A DNA stretch of 64,000 nucleotides from Rhodosorus marinus CCMP1338 (taxonomy: Eukaryota > Plantae > Rhodophyta): the NCBI GenBank assembly GCA_029953675.1, contig JAMWBK010000013.1, forward strand, positions 1,042,936 to 1,106,935. The letters are read 5' to 3'. Of the stretch, positions 60,621 to 64,000 are shown piece by piece (within the stretch, counting starts at the first letter, position 1; every line of letters starts with the position of its first letter). The notes beneath the pieces are model-generated. The model was not told the DNA's origin, searched no databases, and saw only the letters and a list, made by a program, of their open reading frames with translations. A program made the translations under genes and the position numbers.

Positions 60621-63272
60621 GCGTTTTGGTGGTTGACTTCAGTAACGCGTTCAACAGCGTCTCGCCGACGCATGCTTTGGAGCTGATTCGAAGGGTATTC
60701 CCGGAGGCGTGGCCGTTCCTATCCGGTATTTACGGAGAAGGGAGCCTCCTTTACTTGACAACGCACACCTCTGTTTTTGCAGCACGTACTGGCGTTCAAC
60801 GAATGAAATGAACTGGCGTTCAACAGGGTGATCCTTGTCGGCCTGTGCCTTGCACCTCGTGCTCCAGCGACTGGCGGCTGGGGTGCCAGAGCTTCGCATC
60901 TGTGCCTACCATGACGACGTGACGTTGTTGGGCACTCCCGAGCACTTGGCTCGGGGATTGACCCAGATCGAAGCAATCGCACGTGGAGTTTGTCTAACCA
61001 TGGAACCCGAAAAATGCGATTTCTCGGCCCGCGTGAAGTTTCGAGGGGCTCCCTGCCACCTAGCCTCCGAGCCTTTGGTGAACGTGAGGGGCTCGAGCAC
61101 CGTGGCGTCGGTTTGGGGAGTGACAACTTTGTCCAAGACTCTTGCGAACGAGTTTTAGCACACCATAAGCAGCTCACCGACGCCATTGAGCGCCTACCGG
61201 ACTGCATGCTCAAATCGGTTTGCTTGCTCTCCCGCTTTTGTGCCGGCCCCTGACTGAATTACTGACTGGCTCCGAAGCCTTCCACCGCACTGGGGCTCGT
61301 GGATGGCAGCCAAGGCGGACGAGACGACGCTGAAGCACTGGGGAACGCTCTTGGATGAACCCCTGGACGTGGAAGCGGCTCCTGACAGGGACCTAATTCG
61401 TGGCAAGATTGCCCTACCTTTACGATTAGGTGGATTTGGAGTGGCCGACCGTGGACTCGTATGCTCGGCTGCGGCGGTCGCCTCCTGGGCTACCGCGCTT
61501 CGCACCTTGGTGAGTTTTCGGATGCGAAGTGCTTGCCTTTTGGCTAGAGCACTGACTAGCGAAGAAGACCCCGTGACCCTTCCGCCACCGCTTTTGAGTA
61601 TCTATGATGCTCTGCAACAGGCGTTCAGTAAGTGCAACGCCGTGCCGGACGAGAGCCGATCCAGACTTCGCTCCTGGAAGGAGCTGTTATGGGGACGAAC
61701 TGAGGCGCTCGAGCGCTCTCCGATCGACAGACTACTCGCCGACGAGGGGGAAGCTAGCCCTGGGTCACCGGTTGCCGATTACCCGGGTCTGAGCTGATAG
61801 TGGAGCTCGCGCACTGATGTGATTCAACATAGCCTCACCTGGGGGCCAACACAGTGCCGCTCACGCAATCTTGCTCAACTCTCCCCTCACACCGCCTACC
61901 ACCGCCGCTCGCCTCCGCGGCATGGGAGGCCATCTATCACATTTGTGGTTAACGACCCTGCCGTCATCACTGGGTCACCGTCTGGATGGGCCTGGGCTAC
62001 CGCGCTTCGCACCTTGGTGAGTTTTCGGATGCGAAGTGCTTGCTTTTTGGCTAGAGCACTGAATAGCGAAGACCCCGTGACCCTTCCACCGCCGCTTTTG
62101 AGTATCTATGATGCTCTGCATCAGGCGTTCAGTAAGTGCAACGCGTGCCGGACGAGAGCCGATCCGGATTTCGCTCCTGGAAGGAGCTGTTATGGGGACG
62201 AACTGAGGCGCTCGAGCACTCTCCGATCGACAGAGTACTCGCCGACGAGGGGGAAGCTAGCCCTGGGTCACCGGTTGCCGATTACCCGGGTCTGAGCCGA
62301 TTGTGGAGCTCGAGCACTGATGTGATTCAACCTAGCCTCACTAGGGGCCAACACAGCGCCACGCACGCAATTTTGCTCAACTCTCCACTAAACACCGCCT
62401 ACCACCGCCGCTCGCCTCCGCGGCATGGGAGGCCATCTATCACATTTGTGGTTAACGACCCTGCCGTCATTGCTGGGTCACCGTCTGGATTCCTTCCAGT
62501 TTCGCTCTGCCGCACGGATTTACCTGGGTTTGCCACAAGCTCCGTGGCACTCTAATCGGCCGTCTTTGTGTCAGGGATGTGAGACTCGGATCGATGCTTG
62601 TGGTTACCATTTCTTAGGTTCATGCGGACTGTTGAGAGGTCTTCGTACGAGGCGTCACACTCGCTTCAAGTACATTCTCAGCGGATGTCTGACTCGGATA
62701 GGGCATACGGTTGAGGTGGAATCGGAACTATCCAGATCGATCTCGGATAGGGTATCGCCTCGCTGTATCGCAGATCGATCTCGGATAGGGTATCGCCTCG
62801 CTGTATCGCAGATCTCCTCGTCTCCGATGCTGCCGCCAGACGCTCAGCATATGTTGACCTCGCGATTACATGCCCTGTGGCAAGCGCCCATCTCACGGCT
62901 GCCGCCCGTCGCCGGGGACCAGCTGCTTCGGCCCTTCGCCGCGTGAAGGAACGACGGTATGCTGAGAGTATGGCCAGCCTGCCTCGCGCTGAGGGTCGCT
63001 CCCACCGGTTCCAGCCTTTCATTGTGGAAGGCTGGAACCGGCACGTGGAGAAGTCGGGTTTGGAGAAGTCGGGTTTGGAGTGGTTGCGGAAATGTTTCAC
63101 TGAGCGTCCTGTTGAATACTTGGAACTTTTGCGGCGTTTAAGTGTCTCTCTGTGGCGATATTCGAGCAGCGTGCTTGCTGAGGCGCGCCATCGGCGCCTG
63201 GGTTTGTACGCTTCCCTACCTAGTTCTTAGTTCCTTTTGACGGTTTGCGTAGAGCTTTAGGCTATGCTAGTG
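60620..63272 (+). mobile_element. Degenerate diverged family B copy with internal duplications
   Basis: VVDFSNAFNSVS, CAYHDD, CCHC and REL motifs with many frameshifts. An internal duplication of about 500 bp spans roughly 61490-62440. Confidence 0.88.
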
Positions 63273-63299
63273 ACTTCGATGGACAACCGATGCACTTGC

Positions 63300-63662
63300 T
63301 TGGCAACTGGTGAAGGCAAGTCGCGCAATTAGACGACGTTTGCCACCGAAGACCAGTGCACGCATCCAGAGGCTGGCCGATTGGCAACCGCTTGAGGACT
63401 CGGCCGAAGGCACAGCGGAAGACACAGCAGGTACCCAAAGGTTTGACGGTCCGATCCAAAAAACGCTCTCTCGAAAGTGTCACCGACAAGCCTTTGAGGA
63501 GCTTGCTGGGGATTCAACACTGGACGACCTAGACCGGGCGAGGATCCGATCGGCATCTGGAACGGGAACGGGGTGCGGGGTCTGGCTACGCGACTGTCCT
63601 AGTACAGGGCCGCGGCAGTTGACGCGAAATGAGATGTTGTGGAGCATGCGGATGCTTCTAGG
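63300..63662 (+). mobile_element. A-like ORF2 fragment cut off by the telomere
   Basis: IQKTLSRKCH...RARIRSASGTGTGCGVWLRDCP...EMLWSMRMLLG is homologous to A's IQQTLSREAH...RARMRSAAGSGSGVWLREIP...EMQVNVRQLLG. Confidence 0.85.
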
Positions 63663-64000
63663 GGTTACGTTAGTCTGGGGTTACTCCAACTGGGGTTACG
63701 TTAGTCTGGGGTTACGTTAGTCTGGGGTTACGTTAGTCTGGGGTTACGTTAGTCTGGGGTTACGTTAGTCTGGGGTTACGTTAGTCTGGGGTTACGTTAG
63801 TCTGGGGTTACGTTAGTCTGGGGTTACGTTAGTCTGGGGTTACGTTAGTCTGGGGTTACGTTAGTCTGGGGTTACGTTAGTCTGGGGTTACGTTAGTCTG
63901 GGGTTACGTTAGTCTGGGGTTACGTTAGTCTGGGGTTACGTTAGTCTGGGGTTACGTTAGTCTGGGGTTACGTTAGTCTGGGGTTACGTTAGTCTGGGGT
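63661..64000 (+). repeat. Telomere, (TTAGTCTGGGGTTACG)n, about 21 units
   Basis: Perfect 16-bp period running to the end of the sequence, G-rich strand pointing outward, with one variant unit near 63685-63700. Confidence 0.93.

Noticed and set aside
32647-63662. Elements as Penelope/terminon or HeT-A-like end-extending elements replacing telomerase
   Set aside because: They carry C-terminal CCHC and REL domains, their 3' ends point toward the chromosome end, and a homogeneous short-repeat telomere is present.

Overview
This is the terminal 64 kb of a compact eukaryotic chromosome arm, most likely from a red alga. That assignment is inferred from short GT-AG introns and a CLC gene with the Cyanidioschyzon CmCLC-type motifs GSGLPQMK, GWEGP and GVTRALSC. 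Positions 1-32.1 kb hold intron-containing housekeeping genes: a P5A ATPase, a CGFS glutaredoxin, an FCS-type zinc finger, a GOST 7-TM protein, a cyclophilin, a coiled-coil protein and the CLC. Decayed transposon pieces lie between them. Positions 32.4-63.66 kb are a mosaic of at least three families (called A, B and C here) of non-LTR retrotransposons with RT, CCHC and restriction-like endonuclease domains, of the CRE/SLACS/Cnl1/MoTeR type. The window ends in about 21 copies of an unusual 16-nt telomere repeat, TTAGTCTGGGGTTACG. Family A behaves as a telomere-repeat-specific element: its 3' ends and several 5' junctions abut short copies of the repeat, its sense strand is the G-rich strand, and ORF1/ORF2 are joined by TAATG. 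One A copy has a twin-priming-like 5' inversion that starts at a telomere repeat, and the chromosome end appears healed inside an A-like ORF. The array also contains tiny insertions of retroelement 3' tails, fold-back repeats, an intron-retaining copy of part of the CLC gene, and two paralogous secreted Cys-rich genes. In one of these, a 4 x 743-bp tandem array is an in-frame, three-exon, 138-aa module that the ORF track misses.
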